From assembly GCA_963701965.1 (NCBI GenBank), contig OY969695.1:2496001-2560000 (forward strand): 64,000 nt of DNA. Direction: 5' to 3'. The stretch comes from an uncultured Gemmatimonadales bacterium (lineage in GTDB: Bacteria > Gemmatimonadota > Gemmatimonadetes > Gemmatimonadales > Gemmatimonadaceae). A model generated the notes under the pieces. That model was not told the origin of the DNA and did not search any database. It saw only the letters and a list, made by a program, of their open reading frames with translations. Position numbers and translations under genes: made by a program. Positions 1-10,685 of this stretch are shown here, piece by piece. Position 1 is the stretch's first letter, and every line of letters begins with the position of its first letter.

Positions 1-2923
1 GCCCGCGGCCTCGGTCGTCATTGTCGGCACGACGCGCGGCACGACGACGGGCGCCGATGGCCACTACCGCATCATCAATCTGCCGCGCGGCGCTGCACAG
101 ATCCGTGTCCTCCGCTTGGGCTTCGAGCCGCAGACATCGAACGTCCAGATCCCGGATACCGGCACGGTCACCGTCGATTTCACGCTCGTCCCATCGGCGG
201 TCAAGCTCGATCAGGTCGTCGTGAGCGCGGCGGGCGAGCAGCAGCGCCAGCGGGAAACGGGCAACGCCGTGTCCTCAATCAGTCCGGATTCTATTGCCCA
301 ACCGGCCGTCGCCAGCTTCTCGGATCTCCTGAACTCCCGCGCCACCGGGGTGTCCGTCGTCCAACAGTCCGGCACGACGGGAGGCGCATCCAAGATCCGC
401 ATCCGCGGCGCCAACAGCGTCTCGCTCAGCAACGACCCGCTGCTCGTCATCGACGGCAATCGCGTCGACAACAACTCGAACTCGGCGTCCAGCAATCTCT
501 TCACGGGCGGCCAGACCCCGTCGCGTTTCGACGACCTCAACCCGGATGAGATCGAAGACGTCCAGATCCTGAAGGGTCCGGCGGCTTCGGCGCTCTACGG
601 CACCGCCGGCGCCAACGGCGTCATCCTCGTCACGACCAAGCACGGCGTCCCGGGCCGCACCAAATGGTCGGCGCACGCCGAGTACGGCTCCGTCCGCGAC
701 TACACCGATTACCCGCCCAACTTCACGATCAACGGCCTCGCCCTCGACGGCAACGGCCAGCCGATCGCCGGCGACACGGTGGTTGGCTGCTTGGTGGCCA
801 CCAAAGGACAGCCGGACGGCTGCAACCCGATCGCGAGCTCGCTCCTCGCCTTCAATCCCATGAGCGCGATCTCGCCGTTCGTGGCCGGCTATCGCGAGAG
901 CTATGGCATCACGGCATCCGGCGGCACCGAAAACCTGACGTACTTCCTGAGCGCCGAGGACTACAACGAACAAGGCGTCTATATCAACAACCGGAGCCGG
1001 CGCACGAACCTCCGCGCCAATTTCGGCGCTCAACTCTCGTCGGTGCTCAACGCGCACGTGAACGTCGGCTACCTGCAGAGCCGCCTCGATCTGCCGCAGA
1101 ACGACAACTCCCTCTTCGGCGTCATCGGACTCTCGCTCACCGGGACCGCCATCAACGATCCGGTGTGCCACGGCTTCTTCGCCTGCATCACGCCGGACCA
1201 GGCGGCGCTCTTACTCACCGAGCAGGATATCGATCGGTTCACGACCAGCGCCGATCTGAACTACCACCCGACGAGCTGGTTCTCGGGTGTCGCCACTGGC
1301 GGGTTGGACCTGGGCGACCGGTTCGACAATGCCTTCACGCCACCGAACGTGCTGCCCGGATCCCAGGGAGCCGGACTCGGTGCCGCGGCGCCCGCGCCGT
1401 ATACGCTCTGGACGTACACGGCGAACCTGAGCGGCACGTTCAAGTTCGACATCAATCCGTCGATCCGGTCCACGACGACGATCGGCACGCAGTTCGTCGA
1501 CCAAACGAGCCGGGGCATCGTCTCGTCCGGCGCCGGCATTGTGCCCGGACTGGGGAACCTGGCCGGCGCGACGTCGCAGTTCACGACCACGCAGCCGGAT
1601 TCCACCATCGTCACGTTCGGTGGGCTGGGGTCGCAGCAGTTCTCCTGGCGCGACAAGGTCTTCTTGACCGCCGCCGTTCGCGCCGACGAGAGCAGCGCGT
1701 TCGGGACGCAGAACGACCTGGTGTGGTATCCCAACTTCAGCGCGTCCTGGGTGCTCGGCGAGGAGCCGTTCTTTCCCAAGTCGGCGATCGTGAGCTCGCT
1801 GCGCGTGCGCGGCGCCTACGGCGAGTCGGGCCAGCGTCCGGCGTTTCGCCAGGCCGAGACGTTCTTTCAAGCCATCGGATCCACTCGCGAGGGCGTGGAT
1901 GTCGGCGGCCTGACGTTGGGCGGCATCGGTACACCGACGCTCAAGCCGGAGGTCTCGCGCGAGATCGAGGGAGGACTGGACGTCGGATTCTGGCGCGACC
2001 GCATCAACGTCGAATTCACGGTCTACAACAAGACCACGAGCGACGCGCTGATCCAACTGACGTACCCACCGTCGGCGTGCGGGCTCAATCTGGGCTCGAA
2101 TGCCACGAACCTGAGCACGTGCGTGGCGTTCCACAATCTGGGCGAAGTCAACAACAACGGCTTCGAGCTCGGGATCAACGGCACCGTCGTGGACACCCGC
2201 CGGTTCCGGTTCGATATGACCATCAATGGCGCCGAGAACAACAACAAGCTGATCACGCTGGGGTTGCCGGCGCCGATCGTGTTCAACACGGCCGCCGTCA
2301 ACCCGACGCAGGAGTTCATCGCCGGCAAACCCCTCGGCGTCTATACGGCGATCCCGTACACGTTCAAGGATCTGAATCACGACGGGATCATCGAACCCAA
2401 CGAGGTCACGCTGGGAAAGAATCCGGTCTTCCTCGGTGGACCAAACCCCAAGGGCGAATGGACGCTGGTGCCGGAGTTCACGTTCTTCGGCCTGGTGAAA
2501 GTCAGTTCCACGTTCGACCGCCGCTACGGCTCCCGCACGCTCAACTTCAGCGAGGAGTTCCGGTGCATCGACGCGGTGAACTGCCAGGGAATGTTCGATC
2601 CGCACGCGCCGCTGGCCCGGCAGGCGGCGTTCGTGGGCGCCGAGTTCCTCGGCACCGACTACGGGTACATCGAGAACAACGCGTTCTGGAAGTGGCGCGA
2701 GTTGGCGGTCACGCTGATCGCGCCGCGCGCCTGGACGCGCAAGCTGCATGTGTCCGACCTCAGCCTGCAGCTCGCCGAACGCAACGTCGCCACGTGGACG
2801 CATTACACTGGCTACGATCCGGAAATCAATTTCATCAGTACCGGCTCGAACTTCACGACGGCGGATTTCCTCACCCAACCGCCCGTGCGCTACTACACGA
2901 TGCGCATCAACCTTGGCCTCTGA
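1..2923 (+). CDS. SusC/RagA-family TonB-linked outer membrane protein (5' end outside window)
   Basis: Frame is open from the window start. Carboxypeptidase-regulatory-like N-domain, plug motifs IRIRGANS, PLLVIDG and DLNPDEIEDVQILKGPAASALYG..GANGVILVTTK, then a beta-barrel C-terminus. Confidence 0.92.
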   Translation, partial: PAASVVIVGTTRGTTTGADGHYRIINLPRGAAQIRVLRLGFEPQTSNVQIPDTGTVTVDFTLVPSAVKLDQVVVSAAGEQQRQRETGNAVSSISPDSIAQPAVASFSDLLNSRATGVSVVQQSGTTGGASKIRIRGANSVSLSNDPLLVIDGNRVDNNSNSASSNLFTGGQTPSRFDDLNPDEIEDVQILKGPAASALYGTAGANGVILVTTKHGVPGRTKWSAHAEYGSVRDYTDYPPNFTINGLALDGNGQPIAGDTVVGCLVATKGQPDGCNPIASSLLAFNPMSAISPFVAGYRESYGITASGGTENLTYFLSAEDYNEQGVYINNRSRRTNLRANFGAQLSSVLNAHVNVGYLQSRLDLPQNDNSLFGVIGLSLTGTAINDPVCHGFFACITPDQAALLLTEQDIDRFTTSADLNYHPTSWFSGVATGGLDLGDRFDNAFTPPNVLPGSQGAGLGAAAPAPYTLWTYTANLSGTFKFDINPSIRSTTTIGTQFVDQTSRGIVSSGAGIVPGLGNLAGATSQFTTTQPDSTIVTFGGLGSQQFSWRDKVFLTAAVRADESSAFGTQNDLVWYPNFSASWVLGEEPFFPKSAIVSSLRVRGAYGESGQRPAFRQAETFFQAIGSTREGVDVGGLTLGGIGTPTLKPEVSREIEGGLDVGFWRDRINVEFTVYNKTTSDALIQLTYPPSACGLNLGSNATNLSTCVAFHNLGEVNNNGFELGINGTVVDTRRFRFDMTINGAENNNKLITLGLPAPIVFNTAAVNPTQEFIAGKPLGVYTAIPYTFKDLNHDGIIEPNEVTLGKNPVFLGGPNPKGEWTLVPEFTFFGLVKVSSTFDRRYGSRTLNFSEEFRCIDAVNCQGMFDPHAPLARQAAFVGAEFLGTDYGYIENNAFWKWRELAVTLIAPRAWTRKLHVSDLSLQLAERNVATWTHYTGYDPEINFISTGSNFTTADFLTQPPVRYYTMRINLGL

Positions 2924-2937
2924 CGGTGACCCTTCCC

Positions 2938-4254
2938 ATGACGAAAACGATCATGCTCGGCCTCGTCGTGCTGGCGGCCGCCGCTTGCAATCCGAACGCG
3001 GCGCTCAAACCCAAGGACCCGTCGGTGGTCTCCACCATCACCGAGGCTTCCCTCCCCGGTATCTACGCCGGCTCGATCAGCGATTTTCAGGTGGCGTGGT
3101 CCGGCGCGGGCGATCAAACCAACGGCGCGCACGAAGGCAACGTCGGGATGTCCGCGATCTTCACCGATGAATTGACGGCGGACGGTCTCGACGAGTTCAT
3201 CTTCCGGCAGAACATCAGTGACCGGGTCGCGACGCCGGCCAACACGCAACTGTACGGCATCTTCAGCGACCTGTCGGCGGCGCGACACTCCACGGAGACG
3301 GCCGCCGCGAACTTCGCCAAGTTGGCACCCAAAGATCTGGGGCGGGCCGAGGTGATGAGCCTCGAGGCATACACGTACGTCCTCTTCGCGGAGATCTGGT
3401 GCGCGGGCGTGCCGTTCAGCGAGCTCAATACCGACGGCTCGGTGGCATTTGGCGATCCCCTGACCACGCCCCAGATGCTGGGCATCGCCATTCAGAAGTT
3501 CGACTCGGCCACGGCGCTGGCGGCGGGCGACACGTCGAACGCCGACATCCTGGCCCTGTCGCGGCTGGGGAAGGCGCGCGCCCTGCTCGACTCCGGCGCG
3601 TTCGACGCCGCGGGCGCGACGGCGGATTCCGTGCTGGCCGCCGACCCGACGCTCAACTACCAGATCGACAACTCGCTCAACTCGCCCCGGCAGTTCAACG
3701 GCGTGTGGCAGTATGTACAAGCCAACAATGCCTGGGGCGTCGTGAACCGGAAGGGGGGGAACGGGCTGGACTTCATGTCGGCGAACGACCCCCGCGTGCT
3801 CTGGATCGACAGCCACACGCTGGGTTCGCTCAGTGTCGACACGGTGATCTTCCAGTTGAAGTATCCGCAAAAGCAAGCGAGCGCGACGCTGGGCAGCGCC
3901 ACCGAAGCCGCCTTGATCAGCGCCGAGCGGGATCTGCACGACGGCAACATCGCCTCGTGGGCCACGAAGCTGAACACGCTGCGGACGACATCCGGCTTGG
4001 GGTTGGCGCCGCTGCCGGCCGATTCCACAACGGGGGCGTCCTCAGCGATGCAGCGGGAGGTGCACTTCCGCGAGCGGGCGTTCTGGCTCTGGCTGACGGG
4101 ATCGCGGCTCGGCGATCTCCGCCGCCTCCTCTCGCAGTACCACGTCAACGATTTTCCGGACGCCACGGGGAGCGACATTCGATTCCCCGTGCCGCTCCAG
4201 GAAGACAACAACCCGAAGTTCCACGGCTGCCTGGATAGCGGCCACGAGACCTAG
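2938..4254 (+). CDS. SusD/RagB-family lipoprotein
   Basis: Lipobox (LAAAAC). EAALISAE and FRERAFWLWLTGSRLGDLRR motifs, C-terminal FPVP..E..NNP. Directly follows susC. Confidence 0.88.
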   Translation: MTKTIMLGLVVLAAAACNPNAALKPKDPSVVSTITEASLPGIYAGSISDFQVAWSGAGDQTNGAHEGNVGMSAIFTDELTADGLDEFIFRQNISDRVATPANTQLYGIFSDLSAARHSTETAAANFAKLAPKDLGRAEVMSLEAYTYVLFAEIWCAGVPFSELNTDGSVAFGDPLTTPQMLGIAIQKFDSATALAAGDTSNADILALSRLGKARALLDSGAFDAAGATADSVLAADPTLNYQIDNSLNSPRQFNGVWQYVQANNAWGVVNRKGGNGLDFMSANDPRVLWIDSHTLGSLSVDTVIFQLKYPQKQASATLGSATEAALISAERDLHDGNIASWATKLNTLRTTSGLGLAPLPADSTTGASSAMQREVHFRERAFWLWLTGSRLGDLRRLLSQYHVNDFPDATGSDIRFPVPLQEDNNPKFHGCLDSGHET

Positions 4255-4261
4255 CGAATGC

Positions 4262-5071
4262 CTACCGCGATCGGCGCCCGTGCAACGGGAGCCGGTCGCG
4301 GTACGTGCGACTCAGCTTGAGCCGCGTCCCGTCCCGGAGAATCACGACGTAGTTCCCGGCAAACCAGGGCTGGAGCTCCTGGATGCGATCGACGTTGACG
4401 ATGATCGTGCGGTGAATGCGCACGAAGATCGCCGGATCGAGCGTCGCCTCCAGGCCCTGCATCGTCTCCCGCAGGAGCGATGCCCCTTTGCCCACGTGCA
4501 GCCGCACGTAGTTGCCAGCGGCCTCGAACCAATCGACCTCGGACACCCGCACGAACACGACGCGACCATCGCGCTTGACCGTGAGCCGCGAGGCGTACCG
4601 GAGATTGCGCCCGGCATCAGTCGCCACAACCGCGCGCTCGGGCGTCATCCCGAACTCGCTCTCCACCAGGGCGCGGAGTCGCCGCCCCAGCTCGGCCAAT
4701 GTCAGCTGATCGAGCTGCGCGCGGGCGCGGCGGAACGCCGTCTGGAACCGCTCGGTGTCGAACGGCTTGAGCAGATAATCCGTGGCGTGCACCTCGAACG
4801 CGCGCAGGGCGTGGGCATCGTGCGCCGTCACGAAGATCACCGGCGGCATGGCCTCGGCGCCGATCTCGGCGACGACGCCAAACCCGTCGATGTCCGGGAG
4901 CTGCACGTCGAGCAGGACCAGGTCCGGCAGCGCGGTGCGAATGGCGTCGATCGCGGCGCGCCCCGTGGGGCACTCGGCGACAATCTCGACGTCGGGCTCG
5001 GCGTTGAGCAAACGCTGCAGCCGCCGCCGGGCAATCGGCTCGTCGTCGACTATGGCAACGCGTATCGTCAT
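4262..5071 (-). CDS. LytTR-family response regulator
   Basis: REC domain (VDDE, LLDVQLP, FVTAH, LKP) plus LytTR domain (FVRIHRTIIVN). Confidence 0.95.
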   Translation of the reverse strand: MTIRVAIVDDEPIARRRLQRLLNAEPDVEIVAECPTGRAAIDAIRTALPDLVLLDVQLPDIDGFGVVAEIGAEAMPPVIFVTAHDAHALRAFEVHATDYLLKPFDTERFQTAFRRARAQLDQLTLAELGRRLRALVESEFGMTPERAVVATDAGRNLRYASRLTVKRDGRVVFVRVSEVDWFEAAGNYVRLHVGKGASLLRETMQGLEATLDPAIFVRIHRTIIVNVDRIQELQPWFAGNYVVILRDGTRLKLSRTYRDRLPLHGRRSR

Positions 5072-5083
5072 ACGGCACTCTCG

Positions 5084-7369
5084 CTAAGCAATGAGCTCTC
5101 TCCGCCGGGCGTCGTCCACGACAAAGACGACCTCGTGCGAATCGACCACGCGCACCGTGAGCCGTTCGATCGCCAGCGCCTGACGCGCGACCTCGGCGGC
5201 GTCATCGATCGGACGATCGGACACCACAGCAATGCGGGTCCCTCGGGACACTTCGCTGATTTCAATACGCACGGATGCCGGCCCGGCGTCCTCCAGCAAG
5301 GCGCGCAGCAGCCGGTTGGGAACAGGCCGGTCGCCATGCGTCCGGCCGCCGACGATCTGCACCCGAAGGCACGCGCGCCCGGCCTCGATGGTGCGCCGGA
5401 GATCCGTGTAGGCGGTGAGCAGCCCCAGTTCCCGCGTGAGCGCGATCCAGGGCTCGGCGGCGCTGTCCAGTGTCAGCCGGAGCAGATCGGCCAGGCGCGC
5501 CGTCATGCGCTCGGCCTGACTGGCATCGTCATCGATGAGCGCCGCGATGATGTCCAGGGTCTCACACACGAAATCGGGCCGGAGGCTGACGCACAGCGAC
5601 CGCCAACGGGCGCGGGCAATGGCGCTCTCCAGCTTGAGACTCTCCAGCTCCCGCTCGCGGCGCCACGCAAAGTAGTCGCGGCCGTGTGACCAGGCGACGA
5701 GGGCGGCGTACACGAAAAGATTCCACACCACGGACTGCGGCTGCTCGGCGAACCGGAACGATCGCGGCTCGACGTCGAGCGCGACGATCATGCTGACCTG
5801 CAGCAGCGAAAACACGATCGCGCCCGCGATGTGAATGAGCAGCGGACGGCCCACGCGCCCGACACCCACGCGCACGCGCCGCGCCACGAAGAGCACGGCC
5901 GGGGTCAGCGCCGCCCAGACCAGCACCAGCGAGATGTTGAGCGGCGCGTACAGGAGCATCTCGCGCACGGCGCGCTGGGGGTGGAACGGGAACCGGCCGA
6001 GATACGGCTGGAGGTACCAGAACGTGCCGAAGAGGGCCCAGCCCGTGGCCAGGAAGACCCAGTCGCGCGCCGTCAGCGGCGGCGACGGATGCGCATCGTG
6101 CGCGAAGGGCACGGTCTCCGCTGGGGCCACCGGCGTTGTGGCCAGCGGGAGACCGGCGGCCCCATCCCCGACGGCCACCGCATCAGCGGCCGCGGCGCGC
6201 GGCGCCGGCGACGGGCTCACGCGCTGATAGGGGATCCGGATGTCGACGCAGGTGCCGCCATCGGGGTTGTCACTCAACGCGAACCAATGGTCGGGGCCAT
6301 AGAGATGCCGCAGCCGCTCGCGCACGTTGCGCAATCCGATGCCGTAGCCCGAGGCCGATGGCATCGTCCCGTGGGGCAGACCCTGCCCGTCGTCCCGCAC
6401 CTGCACCGAGAGCCACCGCCCGTCGACGCGCGCCGTGATCTCCACCCGCCCGGGACCACCGCGCGGGATGAGTCCATGGCGAATGGCGTTCTCGACCAAG
6501 GGCTGCAGCACGAAGGGCGGCATGAGCGCGTGTCGGGCGTCGGCGTCGACGTTGGTCGTCACCGTGAGCCAGTCGCTGAACCGTGCGCGTTGGATGTCGA
6601 CGTACGGCTGCAGGGTGTCCAGCTCCTCGGCGAGCGCGACTTCGTCCCGTCCCGCTTTGGACACCGCCGATCGCAGCAAGGATTGGAGATCGCTGATGAT
6701 GTGGCGGGCGGCGGCTGGCGCCTCGTAGGCGAGCTCGGTGATGGCGTGCAAGCAGTTGAACAGAAAATGCGGCTGGAGCTGCCGCTCCAGGAACCGCAGC
6801 TGCGCGCCCGAGAGCTCGGATTCCAACGCCGCGGCCCGCAGCGCGCGGTCGCGGTACTCGCGCAGCTGATCCGCCGCGTGGGTCACGCCGATGATCACGA
6901 AATAGAGAACCACATCGAGATCGGCGTTGAGGAGCAGATAGCCCAGCACCATCGGGTACATCTGCTGCGACCACATGCGGAGGATCATGGTGTCGAGCAC
7001 GGTACGCAGCGCAGCGAACGCGACGGCGATGGTCATCGCCAGGATGAGATGCATGGCGACCGTGCGCGCACCCGCCCACCGCCCGGTGATCCGCTGCCGC
7101 GCCAGGTGGACGACGAGCGGGGTCAGCGCGGCCCAAGTCCAGGCCAGCGCCAGATCGAGCAGGAGCTCCCGCTCCCAGGCCGGCTTCGGCGTGAGCGTGG
7201 AGACCTGGTGTCCGAGAAATGCCAACACGGCGAACGCGGTCCACGCGCCGAGCAGCCAGCCAGACCGACGCAGCACCGCACGGTCCAGCGCCGGCAGGCG
7301 CAACCGTGCGGGTGCGGTCGTCGTCCGGCCCAGCGTCGCGGCCATCGGTGGCGGTCCCGCCGTTTCCAT
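5084..7369 (-). CDS. LytS-type membrane sensor histidine kinase with a second, degenerate sensor/kinase module
   Basis: TM segments, QLQPHFLFNCL H-box, LQPLVENAIRHG / DDGQG / GIGLRNVRERL boxes, then a second TM block and degenerate kinase. Start uncertain (7369 ATG or 7393 TTG). Confidence 0.88.
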   Translation of the reverse strand: METAGPPPMAATLGRTTTAPARLRLPALDRAVLRRSGWLLGAWTAFAVLAFLGHQVSTLTPKPAWERELLLDLALAWTWAALTPLVVHLARQRITGRWAGARTVAMHLILAMTIAVAFAALRTVLDTMILRMWSQQMYPMVLGYLLLNADLDVVLYFVIIGVTHAADQLREYRDRALRAAALESELSGAQLRFLERQLQPHFLFNCLHAITELAYEAPAAARHIISDLQSLLRSAVSKAGRDEVALAEELDTLQPYVDIQRARFSDWLTVTTNVDADARHALMPPFVLQPLVENAIRHGLIPRGGPGRVEITARVDGRWLSVQVRDDGQGLPHGTMPSASGYGIGLRNVRERLRHLYGPDHWFALSDNPDGGTCVDIRIPYQRVSPSPAPRAAAADAVAVGDGAAGLPLATTPVAPAETVPFAHDAHPSPPLTARDWVFLATGWALFGTFWYLQPYLGRFPFHPQRAVREMLLYAPLNISLVLVWAALTPAVLFVARRVRVGVGRVGRPLLIHIAGAIVFSLLQVSMIVALDVEPRSFRFAEQPQSVVWNLFVYAALVAWSHGRDYFAWRRERELESLKLESAIARARWRSLCVSLRPDFVCETLDIIAALIDDDASQAERMTARLADLLRLTLDSAAEPWIALTRELGLLTAYTDLRRTIEAGRACLRVQIVGGRTHGDRPVPNRLLRALLEDAGPASVRIEISEVSRGTRIAVVSDRPIDDAAEVARQALAIERLTVRVVDSHEVVFVVDDARRRELIA

Positions 7370-7510
7370 CGGCCCACGATAGTGCGCATTCAAACGACGC
7401 GCTACGCCGGGCGTGCACCCGATCTCGCGGGACGAACTATCCCCATCCCCCGCGTTTGGCCCTCATCACCAGCATCCGCGCGTTCGACATCACGCCGCGC
7501 CGGCTCGTCC

Positions 7511-8323
7511 CTATTTGATCTTCGGCGCTCCGACGATCACCACCGGGCCCGTGGCGCGCGCGACGCCGCCCGCCGGCTCGAGGGTCACCGCGACGGCGCG
7601 CAGAGAGTCCGCGGGCAGTGCGTAGGTGGCGTGGACTTCCGCGCTGCCATCGGGCCCCGGGGTGAACGTGCCCGCGCTGATTTGCGCCGACGGCGTCACC
7701 AGCCAGAGCTGATACGTGCGGCCCGACGGGGGCGACGCCAGGCGATGCGCGAAGAACGACCAGGTATTGTCGCCGCGGTTCCAGAACATGAGCGCCGTCG
7801 CCGCCGGGGCGGCGTTGGTGCTGAGCGCGACCACCAATGTGTTGGCCCCCGTCAGCGCCTGGATCTCGCGGTCGCGCGACGCCAGCAGGTGGCGGGCCGA
7901 GTCGAGCGCCGCCGAGTCTCCCGCGGCGGCGCGCTCCGCGGCGGCCAGGGCCGATGTCAGCCGATCTCTCCCTCGCACCACGACCCACGCGACGATCAGC
8001 GCCGCTGCGGCCAGGAGCGCCACATCGCGCCAGCGCCGACGCCGTGGTGCTCCTTCGCCGAGCGGGGCCCGATCCGCGCGGGCACGAGCCAGGACCCGAA
8101 CGCGCACGCCGGCGATGCGCCGCTCGACGTCGGCCCCGCCGCGGAGCGGCACTCCAGCGCCCAGCGCGCCCAGCGCGGCCTGGAGCTCGGCGAACGCCGG
8201 CCCGCACTCCGGGCAGGTGGCGGCATGCGCGAGCACTGCCGCCTGCTCCCCGGCGGTGAGCGCGTCGAACGCCGCCCCCGCCAGGAGCTCACTCGCCGCG
8301 TCGTGCCCCATGTCGCGCGTCAC
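7511..8323 (-). CDS. Anti-sigma factor (RskA/zf-HC2 type)
   Basis: HxxxCxxC (HAATCPEC), TM helix, C-terminal YQLW...AVTLEPAGG RskA motif. GTG start overlaps the sigma factor stop. Confidence 0.88.
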   Translation of the reverse strand: MTRDMGHDAASELLAGAAFDALTAGEQAAVLAHAATCPECGPAFAELQAALGALGAGVPLRGGADVERRIAGVRVRVLARARADRAPLGEGAPRRRRWRDVALLAAAALIVAWVVVRGRDRLTSALAAAERAAAGDSAALDSARHLLASRDREIQALTGANTLVVALSTNAAPAATALMFWNRGDNTWSFFAHRLASPPSGRTYQLWLVTPSAQISAGTFTPGPDGSAEVHATYALPADSLRAVAVTLEPAGGVARATGPVVIVGAPKIK

Positions 8324-8919
8324 GCCCGCTCCCCTCCTCGCAGGACCGCGAGCCATTCGCGGAGTTTCTGGCCGGCCAGCCGCGTCCGCGTCTTGACCGT
8401 CCCCAGCGGCTGACCAGTCCGTTCGGCGATCTCCGTTTGACTCAACCCTCCGAAATACGCCAGCTCCACGACCTCCCGTTGTTCGGTGGGCAGGGCCTTC
8501 AACGCGGCGACCAACCGGTCCCGCCGCTCGGCCTCCTCGGCCCCGACCGCGGGATCGCCGTCGGCGACGATCTTGTCACCCGTCACCGGTGTCAACGGTT
8601 CCTCGCGCAGCCGCTTCCGCGCCCGCAGTCGATCCAAGGCCCGGCTGCGCGCGATCGTGATGATCCACGTGGACACGGCGCCGCGACCGGGCTCATAGCG
8701 CGAGGCCTGCCGCCACGCTTGATAAAAGACGTCCTCGACCACGTCATCCGCGTCGTCGGCATCGCGCACCATCTGCGACACCAACGCGTACACCGGGCGC
8801 GCCCACCGATCATAGAACCGCGCCAGCGCACGATCGTCCCCCGCGCTCATACGCGACACGAGCACCCGGTCTTCGTCGTTGTCGACGAGATACGCGAACT
8901 CAGGTGACCGCGGATTCAT
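8320..8919 (-). CDS. ECF sigma-70 factor (SigK-like)
   Basis: Region 2 (DADDVVEDVFYQAW, WIITIARSRALD) and region 4 (LPTEQREVVELAYFGGLSQTEIA...LGTVKTR). Confidence 0.93.
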   Translation of the reverse strand: MNPRSPEFAYLVDNDEDRVLVSRMSAGDDRALARFYDRWARPVYALVSQMVRDADDADDVVEDVFYQAWRQASRYEPGRGAVSTWIITIARSRALDRLRARKRLREEPLTPVTGDKIVADGDPAVGAEEAERRDRLVAALKALPTEQREVVELAYFGGLSQTEIAERTGQPLGTVKTRTRLAGQKLREWLAVLRGGERA

Positions 8920-8991
8920 GATCGGCCAAAATGAACCCTGGTGCCTCCAAGGGCCAGTAAAAGAGCGCCCCAGGGATGTACTTTTCGCCGC

Positions 8992-9774
8992 ATGACGCCC
9001 CCTGCAACCTGTCCGGTCTGCGCCAGTCCGTCGACCGGCGGCCGGTTTTGTTCCTCGTGCGGCGCGCCGTTCGAGGGCGCCCTCTGCGCCGCGTGCCGCT
9101 CTACGCTCACGACCGGCGCAAAATTCTGCCACCGTTGTGGCACGGCAGTGGGCTCCGGCGCGGTCTCTGACCCCCGGATGGCGACGACCCTCCCGTGGGC
9201 CGTGGCCTCGATCGCGCTGTTGGCGCTCGTCGCCCTGATCGCGGGCCGCACCATCGGCGCGCGCCGCGTAGCGGCCGCGCCACCGGAACAGGCCGCACCA
9301 GCGGACAGCGACGCGCAGAGCCCCGGGGTGCGAGCGCCCGATATTTCGGCGATGTCGCCGGCCGAGCGCGCCGACCGCTTGTTCGATCGTGTCATGCGGC
9401 TGCACACGGAAGGCAAGGACGACAGCGTGCGATTCTTTTCGCCCATGGTGCTGAACGCGTACCAGATGCTCGGTCCTCTGGACGCGGATCATCACTACGA
9501 CCTCGGCCGCATCGGTGAAGTCCTCGGGCAGCCCGATCTCGCGCGGGCGGAAGCCGACACCATTCTTCGCGAGCAACCCACTCATCTGCTCGGCCTCGCC
9601 CTGGCGGCGCGCGCCGCGACCCTGGCGAAACAGGACGCCACCGCGCGGGCATTCTACCAGCGCCTGCTGGCCGCTGAGCCCACGGAACGCAAACGCAACG
9701 TGCCCGAATACGACCGCCACCGCGATGATATCGACGCCGCTCTCGCGACCGCCCGCGGGGCGCTCCGCTCATGA
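8992..9774 (+). CDS. Double zinc-ribbon, TM and TPR-like membrane protein
   Basis: Four CxxC motifs (CPVC, CSSC, CAAC, CHRC), a TM helix and a helical TPR-like C-terminus. Confidence 0.75.
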   Translation: MTPPATCPVCASPSTGGRFCSSCGAPFEGALCAACRSTLTTGAKFCHRCGTAVGSGAVSDPRMATTLPWAVASIALLALVALIAGRTIGARRVAAAPPEQAAPADSDAQSPGVRAPDISAMSPAERADRLFDRVMRLHTEGKDDSVRFFSPMVLNAYQMLGPLDADHHYDLGRIGEVLGQPDLARAEADTILREQPTHLLGLALAARAATLAKQDATARAFYQRLLAAEPTERKRNVPEYDRHRDDIDAALATARGALRS

Positions 9775-10619
9775 CCACGATTCACGTCAGCCATAGCCCG
9801 GACTCGGACGACGCGTTCATGTTCTACGCGCTCGCCGAAGGGAAAATCGATACCGGGGGTCTCGTGTACGTCCACGAGCTCGCGGACATCGAGACGCTCA
9901 ACCAGCGCGCGCGCCGCGGCGAGTTGGAGGTGACCGCCGTCTCGATACACGCCTACGCGTACATCGCGGACCGCTATGCCTTGCTCCCGCACGGCGCGTC
10001 CATGGGCGACCGCTATGGCCCGCGACTCGTGAGCGCGACGCCGATGGGCCGTGCGGATGTCAAAGGCCGCCGCATCGCCGTCCCCGGTCCCCTCACGACC
10101 GCCTACCTGACACTCAAACTCTACGAGCCGGATTTCGTCGCCATTCAGACCCCGTTCGACGAGATCGAGGACGCCGTTCTGAATGGCGACGCCGACATGG
10201 GTCTCTTGATTCACGAGGGGCAGTTGACCTTCGGCGACCGCGGCCTCCATCTCGTCGAAGACATGGGCGAATGGTGGTATCAAGAGACCGGTCTCCCGCT
10301 TCCCCTCGGCGGGAACGTGATCCGAAAGGACCTTGGCCCGGATCTGATTGGCAAGATTTCGCGACATTTATACGACAGTATCGCGTATGGATTGCGCCAT
10401 AGACACAAGGCGCTGGATCACGCAATGCAGTATGCCCGCGGCCTGGAGCGGTCTCGCGCCGACACGTTCGTCGGCATGTACGTCAACGACTACACGCTGG
10501 ATTATGGCGACCGTGGTCGTGAGGCCATCCGGCGTTTGCTGACGCGCGGCGTCGAGTCGGGCGTCATTCCTCACAACGTGACGGTCGAGTTCGCCGGAGA
10601 CACTGGAGGGGACTCGTAG
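9771..10619 (+). CDS. mqnD: 1,4-dihydroxy-6-naphthoate synthase (futalosine menaquinone pathway)
   Basis: HSPDSDDAFMFYAL, DIETLN, LLIHEGQLT, LPLPLG and MYVNDYT motifs. Confidence 0.88.
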   Translation: MTTIHVSHSPDSDDAFMFYALAEGKIDTGGLVYVHELADIETLNQRARRGELEVTAVSIHAYAYIADRYALLPHGASMGDRYGPRLVSATPMGRADVKGRRIAVPGPLTTAYLTLKLYEPDFVAIQTPFDEIEDAVLNGDADMGLLIHEGQLTFGDRGLHLVEDMGEWWYQETGLPLPLGGNVIRKDLGPDLIGKISRHLYDSIAYGLRHRHKALDHAMQYARGLERSRADTFVGMYVNDYTLDYGDRGREAIRRLLTRGVESGVIPHNVTVEFAGDTGGDS

Positions 10620-10685
10620 TCCCCGCGCACTACCGTTACACGCCCGCCGCTTGATGCGTCTTCGGGCGGGAGTTCCCCTTTATTC

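Noticed and set aside
664..2937. 1196-aa ORF and other long overlapping or antisense ORFs
   Set aside because: Shadow ORFs of high-GC coding DNA. Only the portion from 2938 is the real SusD gene.
1..4254. SusC/SusD pair outside Bacteroidota as a novelty
   Set aside because: Such pairs are already known in Gemmatimonadota.
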